From NCBI GenBank assembly GCA_965649825.1, contig OZ287710.1:62001-126000 (forward strand): a stretch of 64,000 nt of DNA, given 5' to 3'. Position 1 is the first letter of the stretch. Each line of letters begins with the position of its first letter. This document shows positions 36,961-49,341 of this stretch, in pieces. A program made the position numbers and the translations under genes. The DNA is from Penicillus capitatus. Taxonomy: Eukaryota; Plantae; Chlorophyta. Under the pieces are notes generated by a model. It searched no databases and had not been told where the DNA came from. It worked only from the letters and a program-made list of their open reading frames with translations.

Positions 36961-38419
36961 TTATTCATTAAAAGTTGCATCTTTCAGTGCGGCACGGTCC
37001 AAAGCAAAATACCGAAGGACATTGCGCATCTCCGGGTCCGTCTCTTCTGTGATCAAGCTGCTGAGAATGTGGCCAATGACACTGCTGAATTTGAATCCCA
37101 TGCAAGAACAGGCAGAACAGAGCACAACCTAAATTCGGCACCTCACACAACAGCCAGGCATTGTGCAGCAAAAACTTGTGGGAAGAGAGGATGTCGATCC
37201 ACAACGAAATTTTTATCAGGGACGTTCGTGCAGAGACAGCTCGTCATTTCGTGCAAGCGATGCTGACCTGGACGAAAATAGAATCCCAAAGCATCGTCCA
37301 GAACCGACCGATCCTTTGAATGCACATGGCGATCCACCGATGAAGGATCGACGCTCTCATGCAAATGTCCAAACTGTGCGATTTTCATCCCTAACAGCCA
37401 CTTCTGAACACATCCAGGATGAAAAGCCTGTCTAAAGAGACCTACCTCTGTTTTCGTAAGAGGGCACACCGTAAGCGTATTCTCCAGACGGTAGAATGCC
37501 AAGAAAAGTTGGCAACCGTTCCGGCGCGAAGTCCTCTACTGGTTTGCTCTGGTACCATCCGATCACTTGCCTTTCGATGTCGCATGCCGTCTGAGAGCAG
37601 CCATGAATCATGATCGGTCCTTGTTCTCTTTACCTTCATCTGGGGCACGAGCTCATTGATCCACGGACCACAGGAGAGGATGAGACATTGTGCATAGTAT
37701 GTGTTCTTGTTGGTCTCCACCCTTACGCCTGAACCATCTGGAGCCCATTTCAGGACGCGCTCGCCCACGTGGACATCTGCATTCATCTTCTGCGGGCAGA
37801 GGATCGGCAACGGAACACAGAATGCCACCTTCTACTCTGATACCTTTGCTAGGGATACATGTGTGTACACTGCTTTATTGGAATCTAGAAAGCCTCCTTC
37901 TGGATCAAAGAGCACGGGCAAGGTTTCATCCTTGACGTCCATTCCGGGAAACTGTTTGTGCATTTCGTTGACAGACATGATGGAATACTCTCGTGACGTT
38001 CCTTTCGAAGCATCTGCCATTCTGGCAGCAAAAGGACCAATGTTCAATGTGCCGCATCGATAGAGGAGTTTCTAGAAAAGCACCATGAAAATGCGGAACG
38101 GTAGGAATATTTCATGCACCTGCCGACTGTCTTCCTCTAGCTCTTCCCACAGCTTTCCAGCCCAAATTGCGAATGGCGTATAAGGATCAGCGGATGGGTG
38201 AGCGACTCTAAAGATCCGAGTGTAGCCGTGAGAGGATCCAAAAGAGTGCCCCACATCAAACTGCTCAAGCCCAAGCATCTAATGCCAGTGGAGAAGTTGG
38301 CTGAAATGAGCCTTTGAATACACGACTTTGAGGGAAGATCGCGAGCCATGATATAGCGCAGCGCTGCCCATGGCGCCGAGACCCACTGCAATGGCATCGT
38401 AGGCCGCCCGTATCTGCAT
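36961..38419 (-). CDS. FAD-dependent sarcosine oxidase / pipecolate oxidase family, multi-exon
   Basis: YDAIAVGLGAMGS (Rossmann fold), GLEQF..GHSFGSSHGYTRIFR, FDPEGGFL, CLCTNVPDKNFVVDRHP and SACSCMGFKF. An in-frame upstream ATG at 38491 is also possible. Confidence 0.93.
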
Positions 38420-38497
38420 CGCTACTCTGCTCGAGCGCCTTGTCCTTGACGGCGGTGAACAGCGCTTTGCGAATCGCGATCGGATTTGCATCGAACA

Positions 38498-39004
38498 ATG
38501 GGCAACAAACCCAGTTCCGACGCGGGTATGTATCGTGTTCAGCCAGACGAGCTGGACGAAGGACCGAGCTCAGCTGTGGACACTCGAAGTGTCGTGGAAA
38601 GACTTCACGCTCTACCTCAGCTCACACCCCTACTGCAGCTGGCATCTGATCCACTCTGGGAAGACTTGCGCCGTCTGCAGAGCATTTCTAACGACCCTGT
38701 CCAGCAACAGCTGCGAAAAGATCTTGAAGAAATGTGGAAGGCTTTCAGAATATGGGCTCAAGTGCACGAGGCTGCCGTTCATGAGAAACAGATTGAGTTG
38801 CATACGATGCTGGATGATGTTGCCTTGCTTATTCAGCGGGTGCGGGAGAAGGTGTTGCAAGAGAAGGCAGCTTCTGCTCAGCTTCGGCAGGAGATGGATG
38901 CTGTGCAGGCCATCCATCAGAGAGCACAGAACTTGGCACGGCAACTGCAATCCTTTCATCATCGACTTCACAATTTGTCGAACGTTCAAGGAAGCAAGCA
39001 TTAA
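38498..39004 (+). CDS. Small coiled-coil protein with an MG N-terminus, BORCS5 (myrlysin)-like
   Basis: 168 aa from MGNKPSS (myristoylation-type). VVERLHALPQLTPLL resembles the BORCS5 KLQEIPTFQPLL block and is followed by long helical segments. Remote similarity judged by eye. Confidence 0.6.
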   Translation: MGNKPSSDAGMYRVQPDELDEGPSSAVDTRSVVERLHALPQLTPLLQLASDPLWEDLRRLQSISNDPVQQQLRKDLEEMWKAFRIWAQVHEAAVHEKQIELHTMLDDVALLIQRVREKVLQEKAASAQLRQEMDAVQAIHQRAQNLARQLQSFHHRLHNLSNVQGSKH

Positions 39005-39913
39005 GAAACAGCCTTAAAGGCCACGGCCAAAACAATAATGAGGCCAGCAACTAAAAGGAAGATCAAACACCACCATTTCCATTCACTGGCTGTATTCATG
39101 ACGATGTGAATGTGTTTGTTTGCCACGGTCAGTCGATTGTGTACAGTATCGGTCTCTTCTTCGAGATTTCCCAGGAGGGCCTCCTGCTCCGTCAACTCTT
39201 CATTGATGGCACCCGCCACATGCTGCAGGGGATATGCTGAGAACAGCTCAGGAGAGATGGAGAACGCACTTTTACAGTGTGCACGGATTTCTCGATATGC
39301 ACAAGCTCCTCGTCCTGATCCTTCATGATGCGATCCTGCATAACCAGGAGCTCCTGGTTATCCAATCCTGCTGTCTGTTCTGTCTCTCTGGGAGGTCCAC
39401 TTGACTGCCCAGTTCCAAACAAACCTGCCCTAAGCATGGCGCCTCTCGTCATGCAGCATCGCCTGATGGGCGGGTACTTGTCTCCTGTGTCTCTTGCCAT
39501 GCCTTGAACCAAATTCTCTTTCTTGCTTTCTAATGTCCTGATCAAATCTCGTCTTCTGTTCCGTTCGTTTTCTGTACTGCGAAAAGAGAAGGATTAAAAG
39601 AGTGAGAATCACTCAATTTGTGAGGAAGGCATTACATGTCTCGTGCAACTCTCGGATCGTTCAGCATTTCTCTGAGCGTCTGGATGGCTGTTCCCAGAGA
39701 GCCCAGTTTCCTTCGGGCTTGAGCAGTGATATGGGAGGCACGACTGCCACCCGATGGATACTTCAAGTTACGCTCCTGTGCTCATTCGATTACTCTCACA
39801 CATCGTCTAAGGAACAGAACCTGAAGAGAAGCCGCAATTTCTTGCGCCATCTCAACCGCGCGTTCGTGTTCTCTTAACCACGCATCGGTATCCAAGTCAA
39901 GACCTGAACCCAT
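39001..39913 (-). CDS. Qc-SNARE, SYP5 / syntaxin-8 type, 4 exons
   Basis: DAWLREHERA..ARRKLGSLG N-terminus, SNARE motif QDRIMKDQDEELVHIEKSV..AINEELTEQEALLGNL and a C-terminal transmembrane segment. Confidence 0.92.
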
Positions 39914-40268
39914 CAACCTTTACCCGTCCTCATGTATCCACAACCATGCCGATGATACCAGAAGGCATGTTGTCGAGGCACGCGTTTCTGCGTTACGAAG
40001 GCAATGAATTGGTCAACGAATCGATGTTTGAATCGACGTCACGTCAAGCCAGAACATACGTACGACGCGATGCTTGTTCAGACATGCCATCAAGCATGAC
40101 GGTTTGATCGTAACGAATTCTTCAATAGTGATTTCAGCGATCGACGAGAGACTCTGGTACCTAAACCCCTAATCAAGGCTGGTTACCGCGTTTTATTCCC
40201 ACATCTCACTTCAGCAAGGCAGGATGCAGACATGCCTGATCCGAAGAAAAGAGCATGCGTGCGCATCA

Positions 40269-42199
40269 TCAAACGTAACTTAGCAAGCACCACCTGCCCA
40301 CATGAGAACTTGAAAAGAATGGGACGATTGCAGATAAAGAGGTGAGTATGAAATGATGTGTCGGATCTTTTTGATGGTACAAGGAACGCTCAGACGAACG
40401 AACGCTGTCGGCTTTCTCAAGCGACGACTGTTTTGAATCAATCCAATCCTTAACTCTTATCATCGAACTGCGATACTTGCATGTTTGGTTGTTGGCTTTT
40501 TACTCTTCTCAACCCCCATTCCGTACTGGGATTCATGCGTAAAAAGGGACCAACAGACGAAAGGTGCAACAAAAGACGGAAAAAGAAATGTGGGAAAAAT
40601 TGCAATGGGCTAGCCAGTGCATCACCCCCAGCCACAGAGCTAAGCCTGCCAATGAAACGCCCATCTTCATACCACACCATCTGAGATCGTAACAACAATA
40701 CTACTGATAATGGAACAGAAACGAAATAAGAGTCAGTTCATAGTGCTTTAAGGCTGAGCATTACGTGAACCTCTTCTCACTCGATGATGACGCAGTGAGA
40801 TGAAGAAGGCCACTTAGAACCTTCAGATCTGATGGATATGTAGAAAACGAAGTAAAGAAGTCCAGACACTTAAGAACGGTAGCCAAGAAACCCAACAGTC
40901 GACAGGCATCCGAAACAGCTGCCGTCGTCGCTTCATGCTGTGCCATGAAGTCGTTCCCTCTTGCTTGGATGACTCAATGCAGCATACTTGGACCTGGAAC
41001 ACCCACCCATCCGTTATCAACGATGGCAGAGGCAGTTGTTGTTTACTTCAGAGCATCGATCATATGCTCGTGCTGCTTGAGTTTCATCCTAAGATTCTCG
41101 GATCGCGTCTTTCTCTCAGCGTTAGATGCGTTCTGCATCGTCGTTTCCTCTACGCAGTCTAGACGGGTTCCAACTGCTTGAGGTGTCAATGGTTGCGATT
41201 CAGGACGCAGAGAAAGGCGCTCAGCAGAGTCATTCACTCCCCAGGCATCCAACGATAGCGCCGTTCTAGGGCGCTCCATCACAGACTGGCTCCGTTTTAT
41301 CCCCCTGCACCATACGAATGCGATCATCCTTCCACCATCGAGAAATGTGTCAGAGATGACCCCGGGGCTGAACGCGGACCAGTTTTCAATCCACTCAATT
41401 GCTTAGACAATTGAACCATTTCCTGTTGGCACATGAGCAATTCTCGGCGTGTCAGAGATGGCTGGTCTGTCGCGTTTCTTTGAGATAAGCTCTTAATGCA
41501 TTCTGTTGCATTGCTCTTCATGTTTTCGAGCTTGGAGATCAAGCGATCACGACTCTCCGATGTATTGTAAGTCTTTAGCACCTACTACCATCGCCATTCC
41601 ACCATTATCTCATCTCCATTCTTCTCGCTTACCTCTGCGATGTCCCGAGAAGAGCTGTCAACTGCGTCAGAGTGATTTCGACGGTGACGCGTTATTACTC
41701 CTTTGGGCATCTCAGAGGCCGATCTCTTAAAACATCGAAGAGGATGAGACTCCAGTACTGGAGCTGGACGACTCGTTAAAGTTCTCTTGAGAGGCGAAGG
41801 CGTAAGACGAAGAGCCTTTTTCTGCACCATACATACAAATGATGCCGACAAGCACGACACTTGTTCGGAATCGCATACCGGGAGGCTCTTTGATTTTGAA
41901 TCAATGGCGACTGACTTTGTTTTCTTCATCGAAAGAAAATGTCTGAGTGGCGTCACGCCGAGCGTCAGCGCTGAATGGACGACGCCTCGCACCAATCCGA
42001 ACATAAAGCTAAACAAAGCCCTGCAACAGACCGTTGTTATCTGCGTACATCTCCTCGGAATACAGATGTACCTGAATGGGCGGACCACGTTTTTCTTCAG
42101 TGGGTCGTAACGCATCACCCCAACTTTCGCAAAGAGAGGTTGCGTCAAAGATGCGCCCCGTATGGCGCTGGTGAATGCCAACACATCAACCGTACTCAC
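40269..42199 (-). CDS. Hypothetical multi-exon coiled-coil protein, 3' end uncertain
   Basis: Chain of minus-strand ORFs joined by about 50-bp GT-AG introns (e.g. 41582-41632). Helical segments RDRLISKLENMK and NLRMKLKQHEHMIDALK. No family recognised. Confidence 0.5.
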
Positions 42200-43315
42200 A
42201 CCACGTCGCGCAGATTCTACGCCGCTACTTAAGACAGAGAAGCAGATATATCTTCATGTGTCACCTTCACCTGTGCGATTCTTGGAGGCGAGCGGAACAG
42301 CAAAGCCGCGTTTGTTTCTTTCGGACGCTCCGCAAAGGGCACTTTTGTTAACCTTCGTCGAGAGAGCACCATAACTTGTGAAACGGGTTCGTCCCGCCAC
42401 GCGTCCGCCGCGATGCATGGTTGAATGGAATACGAGTGTCGGCAAAGATTTGGAGCTGATCTTGTTTGCAGAAGGCAGCGAAGTTCTTTGAATTGGGACT
42501 CAAAAACGTAAGAGTAGCCGAAAGGGTCAACTCAGATAATAGCGAGTCGATGTACGAGGTTGCCGGGATTGAACAATTGACACATTGAATCAACCCAACG
42601 AGCCCATTCGTTAACCGGCCAATCTATCCAACCGATACTTTGAACAAATTTGCAGACAAACGAAAGATCATCCATCCCAAGTGCCTTGTTGGTCGAATCG
42701 CTCTAGGCCAGAGCCATAATACGAGATTTTCTTTGACGATTAGCCGAATGAACGTGGCTGCTTGATTTCTAGCGTTCAGCTTCAAAGGGGTTAAACATGA
42801 TGTTGATATAGGTCAATGTCCTTCCTCTTAAACCTCTCACTCATTTGAGAAGGAATAAACGGACAAGATCATAAAATACAGGTGAACATACCAGAAGAAC
42901 GATGATTTCGTCTGGTGCTCAGGTACTAAGAAATGAAATAGCACGCCTGAACTGTGGCAGCAGATAGAAGAATCCTAACAAGGCAGCGTTTCTTGTTTCT
43001 TCTCCTCTTCGCCGTCTGGTTCATGATCAATTGTCAGGAAGAACAACGCATGCTCTTCATTGGCGCACTGCGAGAGAAACATACTCCAGCCATAGGCGGC
43101 TTGATGTTAGCACTGCCTCCCGACATGTAAAGAGGAACAGACGGACGAACGAACGAACTCTCCGGAAAATCCTATCCCCAATGAACTCAATGGTACTTCG
43201 TTGCGAATGGTAGGTAGGTAGGTAATATCAAGATGAGGTTTTCTCGATAGGTTTCGAACACAGAAGGTATGTTTTAAAACTCATTGATTGTCCCTTATCC
43301 ACTTGGACACGTCAG

Positions 43316-45169
43316 TTATTCATGAATGGAGTGATCAGGGTATGCATGCGAACGCAGATCAACGACAACGACAGAGATATTGTCATTGCTGCCCTTGGTA
43401 AAGGCAGCTCGAAAAAGTACACTGGCTGCTACACGGCATGCAGATGCTGATGAAGCATTTCTCTCTTTTGCGCGATTGAAACATCGTTCGACCAGATGGC
43501 ATGCCTCCTACAACACATTCCATCAACAACGATGTCCACATGATGCGAAATGACACGTACATCGTCAGCAAGAACGTCCCAGAGTCCATCACAGGCCAAG
43601 ATGAGGAATTCGTCATCTTCACAGCGCGGCAAAATGGTAACCTATGAGAAAGAGGTTAGGATAGGGGCATGATTGGCACGAGGTCATTCATACTTCTGGT
43701 GTGGCGCAGATTCCAAATGGTCTTAAACAGTCGTCTCCAAACGCTCTCGTCATGGCTAGCAGCCCCATGACGCGTCGTCCGTTGAAGTCCCAGACGCGAC
43801 CACCGCTTCTACGAATACGTTCTTCCTCGTCCTCCTGATCAGGTTTGTGATCTCTACTCAATCGAAATGCCACTCCTCTTCGTCGAAGAACTGCTCTCGA
43901 GTCGCCGACATTAGCGATAACCAGATGCCAGTCACTGATTAAGGAAACAATAGCCGTTGAACCAACTGTTTTCTCTTCAATGTGCGGCAAGTCATTGTTG
44001 AATTTCGTGAATGCATGAATGATGCGATCTTCGAACTCTTTCAACGTCAATGCAGGACATGTCTGCCTACTATCATCTGCCCCCTCAGACACAGGATGCA
44101 TTTCTGCTTCAAGTCCAATCGACGTATCCATCATGTCAACGTGCATGTTGTTGTCACTTTCGGATGACTCTAGACAGTTGTTACTGTCCGTCCAGGCACC
44201 CTGTTTGACGCATGATGCCGGACGTGTGTATGGAGTCCAAGAACAATTCTGAGGTGAGCTGCCCATTTCCACTGCAGAATGTCGATTTGTCCTCGTCTGA
44301 AACATGGTTTGCGGCAACTGTTGGCCTGTCTTCTCCTCGTTAACTCCACCCTTTGACAATAACTCTTGAACGATGTATCCCGGAAGTTGTTCGGCGAGCT
44401 TTGTTGATACATCTGTTCCGCCATGTCCATCAAAGACACCGACAAAATGAAACGGGAGGGTGGACAACAGCAATGGTTCTGCGACTGAACTCTCATCGCT
44501 TCGCAATCCAGTGATGTATCGTAAGGACTTCGAAAGCGAAGCTGGAATTACTGTCTCTGTGGCATACGCAAGGGTGGTCGTGGTCACAAAACCCTCGACA
44601 ACAGCTGTCGAGTCTTCCATCTTGGTTCTGTAACCAGGACTCTCCTTCATTCCCCAGAGAAAGAGTCTCCGACTACCATTGAGTTTTCTGCCAAGTGGCA
44701 AAATAGACGAATCAGAATGCGCCCCATCAACACGAATACGTTGCAATAGTTCTGATGGAAACCCCATTTGAGAGTAGTCTTTCAAGAGTACTTTATCTTT
44801 AGAAAGCTGTGCCAGTCCGTTCATGCTTCCGCAACCTTCAAGGCAAATATCCGACTCTTTTCCAGAACCTAACACAACCACACATGCTTTATAGTCCTTT
44901 GTCATAATGACGAGGCACCCTGCCAGCGTGACGCCGCGGGCAGTCTGAAGAATGATGTTATGCGGAAGCTGTCGCATACCTTGCTCATTCGCGGAAGCAA
45001 ACTTGTTCACGTCCACGGCTTCATCGCTGGACTGTGAGCTGGCGTCTTTCGCTTCGGCACACTCGGACTTCAGCGCTTGAGTTTGCGCTTGAGTTTGATG
45101 TAACGTCGTCGGTGCCGTGCGACAACAGCCTTCGACTCCGGCCACAGACAGGTCCTCGACTCGTATCAT
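43316..45169 (-). CDS. Protein phosphatase 2C with a long N-terminal extension, 3 exons
   Basis: GYRTKMED, GVFDGHGG, GSTAIV, IANVGDSRAVL, LSRDHKP, LAMTRAFGD, FLILACDGLWDV and GSNDNISVVVVDL. Start codon is approximate. Confidence 0.95.
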
Positions 45170-45905
45170 TTCTCCCCGTGCTGCAGCACCAAACCAACCA
45201 GCTTCAGAATGAATTCTTGAATCGAGGGAAAGCATGTGAAAGATATACAAAGAAAGAGAAGGAGTATATGAACGCAAGAACACAAAGAAATACTAACACG
45301 GCAAGAGAAAACTGAATCAAATGCTCACGAGTCCATCACGACAAGCTCGGCACGCTTTTAAGGAGTAGCAGATTCACATCAAAGTTCTTTGGTTACGCTA
45401 GAGCGAAGCTACTTAGAAGCGACCAACTAAGACTGACGTGAGACTAAGCGATCAATGACAGCACATTTGCAGGTAGAAGAATACAATGATTCTCATTTTT
45501 GCATGCAGAAGCTCGCCCGCGGCTCGATTCCTTTATGCATTCGCATCATCTTTGGCAGCCATTTTCAGAAAGATGAAGGAGGCGCTGTCGAATAGCCACT
45601 TTCCAACACAAGAACTCTGCCTTTTCTTGAAAAGACGTTTAACAGAAGTGCAGTAATGATGATTTATACCGAAGTTTAAAGAAGTGAGAGACAAGGAGTT
45701 GAAGTAAAGGTAGTCGACGATGCGATAAATTAACCATAGGGCAAAAAATAACAACAAAACAAAACTCCGAGGCGTTTGAGAGCGCTACTTGGGAGGCCGA
45801 AAGGAAATCTGATGCCTGGTGAAATGCAGCAGTTTTTCTGGTGGAAATCGCTTAGAATGTCTGTTTGCCTTTCGCGGCTCTTGAATGGATAATCGTTCCA
45901 TTCGC

Positions 45906-46660
45906 ATGAGGATAATGATGCTGAAGACCAAGACAAATATTCTGCCGTGTTTGCCACCGCGGACTATAAGCGGAAGGACGCGTGTGAGATCAACAAAGCG
46001 TTCTTCGACGACGCGGCCCAGAAGAAACGCGCCACCGCCTCCGCCGCCACCACCCCCACCGTCTCCCGAATCCTTCAGCCGAAGGGCCAATGTGCATAGA
46101 TAACCGTTCTCCACCCGTTCGTTAACCGGAGGAACGAATACCTAGACCAACCGACGGGACTTTCTTTTCGTGGCAGGCGCTTCACTAAGCGCATGTGTGG
46201 CGTGGTTGCTGGTCGCACAGCAAGCAGAGAGATCCGTTGATGACAACCCACGTTAGACGCCGACACTGAGGAAAACAATGCTCAATGTGTGGATGGGTGT
46301 GAATAGAGAATGTATTATCACAAACGAGAATGAAAAGAAACGAGAAGGGACAGCTTTTCTTGCAAGCCAAGGACGGCGATTGGATGTTTGTGCGTCCGAG
46401 TTCGAAGACAAGTGGCATGCTGTACTTTCATGACCGCAACGGGTATGTCTATCGTTTACAAATCGAAGACCGTGCACAGGTTAAAAGAACGCACGAGAAT
46501 ATTTTTTGCAGATACTGCGTGCCAGGTGGATCTGTCAGATGACGATGTGGTGATCGCGTTGTTCGGAGACGGAAAATGGGAAAACTCATTGGAACAACTG
46601 TACAAACAGAATGGAGATGTAGTCGTGATGACGACGGACACGTTTACTCAGATCACATGA
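45906..46660 (+). CDS. Hypothetical thylakoid protein with a bipartite transit peptide and Tat motif, 4 exons
   Basis: Three GT-AG introns of 46-55 bp join a basic Ser/Pro-rich transit peptide, TNRRDFLFVAGASLSACVAWLLVA, a beta-rich LFLQAKDGDWMFVR..YFHDRNGYVYRL segment and VDLSDDDVVIALFGDGKWE. Confidence 0.7.
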
Positions 46661-49341
46661 TTGGCTCCTGTGTCAGACACTTCTGTCAAGGAATGGCCAT
46701 TGCACAAACCTTTCATCCTTTCTGATGGCGTCCTCGGCGAGTTTGAATTGAAAATGCTAGTCCCTACATGACACTGCAGTTCTTGACCGGCCTTGCGTAT
46801 ATTTTTCCAATCGCAAGACATCAGCTAACTACGTTTGCCGCCTGTTCCGGTCAATTCAATCTGAAACGGCGAAACGTCGAACGGTTCTTCGGTTTGTACG
46901 GCAATCACTGGTGGGTAGTTGACGAGGCCGAATTCAATGCAACTCGAGTACGCTTGTCGCTCTGATGAACGCTGGAGACGAAACGATCAGTGTCGCCGGT
47001 CGCGTCGAACGAAAGCGATTCAGCGGAAGACTTCTCTACAAGCGTCCTGAGAAGTTAACACAAGTCCAGATCGTCCCTTGAATACTTACGTGGTGACGTG
47101 ACGTCCCTCGGCGGATGAGTCACCACGCCGCCTGAGCCAGAGAAAGGGTCCTTTGGCAGACAATGCGCCCGTGTGACAAGACATCCAGCACCCCAAGAGA
47201 ACACGAACCCCTTCCCAGCGAGGCAGTCCCATCGCCAGGGAAATCTTGGCGACAATAAGGACGACAAAAAAAGATCCCGAAAGGGAGACTGACGTCGAGC
47301 TCCCGTCTCCGACCACGGCGTTTCAGCTGTTCCTTTCGCATTGTGTGAGCCAGATTCGAAGGAGCCAAACCGTCTCTCCGAGTTGGAAGAGTGGATGAAA
47401 GGGGGGATCGACCCTCAGCGGTCTTTTGTTGATGTGCACGAGTCGTCTGCCGTGCTTGTGCTCTTGCTTGTCTGACATCCGATGATACTTTATTTTCCAA
47501 TCGACCCGCCTGTAGGTTTGCGATTACACGGGTGGATGGGTAAAGGATGCGCGTCAAGTTTTGAGCCTCTCACGCAATCCCGTTCGATAAACTCGTTGCG
47601 TTGACCGTCACCGGTTCGCGCATGCGCATTCCGCATTCTCTGACGACGCCAGAAGCGCTACGTGCCTATTAATCAAGTTAGAAGAGCTCAAAAACCGCGT
47701 CTTGCAGGTTAGCATAGCGCATTGCCGCGTTAACCGGAAAGGCCACCATACGATCGTCCCATGTCACCTCATGTTCTGACGGCTTATGGATTCCCAAGAA
47801 TTCTCCGCGTTCCGAAACCATGCAAGGACGTTCTTAACCAGTAAGAGAAGCAAGTTGAGGGGCACAGAAAGAATTTTATACCACTGTTTGACTGTCATTT
47901 ATAAGACAATGATTGTCCATGAATTCATCATTACCTCTATATTGTCAAGACTAACGATCTGATACAACTGATACCAACGAATGAAGTGAGAGATAGATGC
48001 AAGAGAGTATTCTTGTATAAAGACGTTTTAAAGTTCAATCTCGTTTTTAACAAAGGTGACCACTAATGGATCACAATGGTTTGACTCAAACCACGGGCAG
48101 ACCCAATTACATCTGCTCAATTGCGATCAAATAAGATTGAAAGCTTTGCGAACCCTGGAAAGTAGTAAAGATTTACTGTGTTCTTCCCTATAATAAAAAC
48201 ATTGGTTTCATATGAATTGCAAAAACTGTATACAAGCCGTGGCTGTTAACAATGAGCTGACGAGGAGAAGAAAAAGACCACCTCGTGGAGATTAGAAGTC
48301 TCCTGCGGTCTATGTAGGATTGGTGTATAAGAATGGGGAAGCCGCGAAGCTCGGCTATACAGTTTATCGGAAGTCATACTCAGTGCCTATCCACCTAACA
48401 TGCTACTGGCATGTGGGGATTGAAACTTCCGATTTCTATGTTTCACACTGTTCAGAATTAAGATTTTTGTCAAAAACGATGTTCTCAGTGTTGATGGGGA
48501 ATCTGTACGTCGTTTGAATGTAAGCTTGTTGGTCGCAAATGATGCATATACTTGTATTATGTTTCTACATCTCCTCAGAAACCTTGGATAGAGATACTTT
48601 TGTTTGTAAACTAGACCTTGCGTTATTCTTAGGAAAAGAATAGAACCTTGGCAAGGAGGGTCTGCCAAAGAACTACAAATGATTGCACTCACGCATTAAG
48701 TCCGTATGAGAAACGTCACGTCGACAGACGACACACGGCTAGCAAGAAGAACGCTCTTGTCTAGATCTGCGTTTGCCGTGTACCGTTAGAAGACGTAAAG
48801 GAGAACGATGAAACGCACGCACATCCAGATGGTGCTACCTGTATTATTCGGTACATTATTTGTGAGCCTATAATCTGCCGAATTATCGAGACGAGTTGCT
48901 TGTTGTTGTCTTTTCGGCTGCGTCCTGACCTCTCGTTTTGCGCGCGTTCGTCAACGCTCGCGTGAAAACAAACGGCTTCCGCGACAACTTCTGTCGACGT
49001 TATAGTTAACAGTTTTCCGTTTATCGGTTTTGAATAATGGAATCCAAGTTTCCTTTAAAACAACTTCATTAGGTGTTACCTTAGCACTTTGATGATTGAC
49101 TGGCGAAAGATTCTTAGCAGAGTTTCGAAATCGCCGAGTAGTCTCAGTTTCGCGAGGTATCTGAGTCATCGACATCCGTGCTCGACGATCCGCATTACAG
49201 ACAAAATCGCCGATGCGGCGAGATGCGTTCGACAAATCATAACCAAGCGTTCGATAGATAATGAGAGATGATGATAGACGCAGCGAATCGATAATACCAT
49301 TGCGCATCACAGCAGATTCTTTACTTTGCAGAAGGATCCGC

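Noticed and set aside
46193-46240. ATG TGT GGC GTG GTT GCT (MCGVVAG) resembling the N-terminus of Ntn-amidotransferases (asnB/glmS)
   Set aside because: The frame stops after 15 codons, no other amidotransferase motifs follow, and another frame of the same bases belongs to the Tat-signal protein exon.
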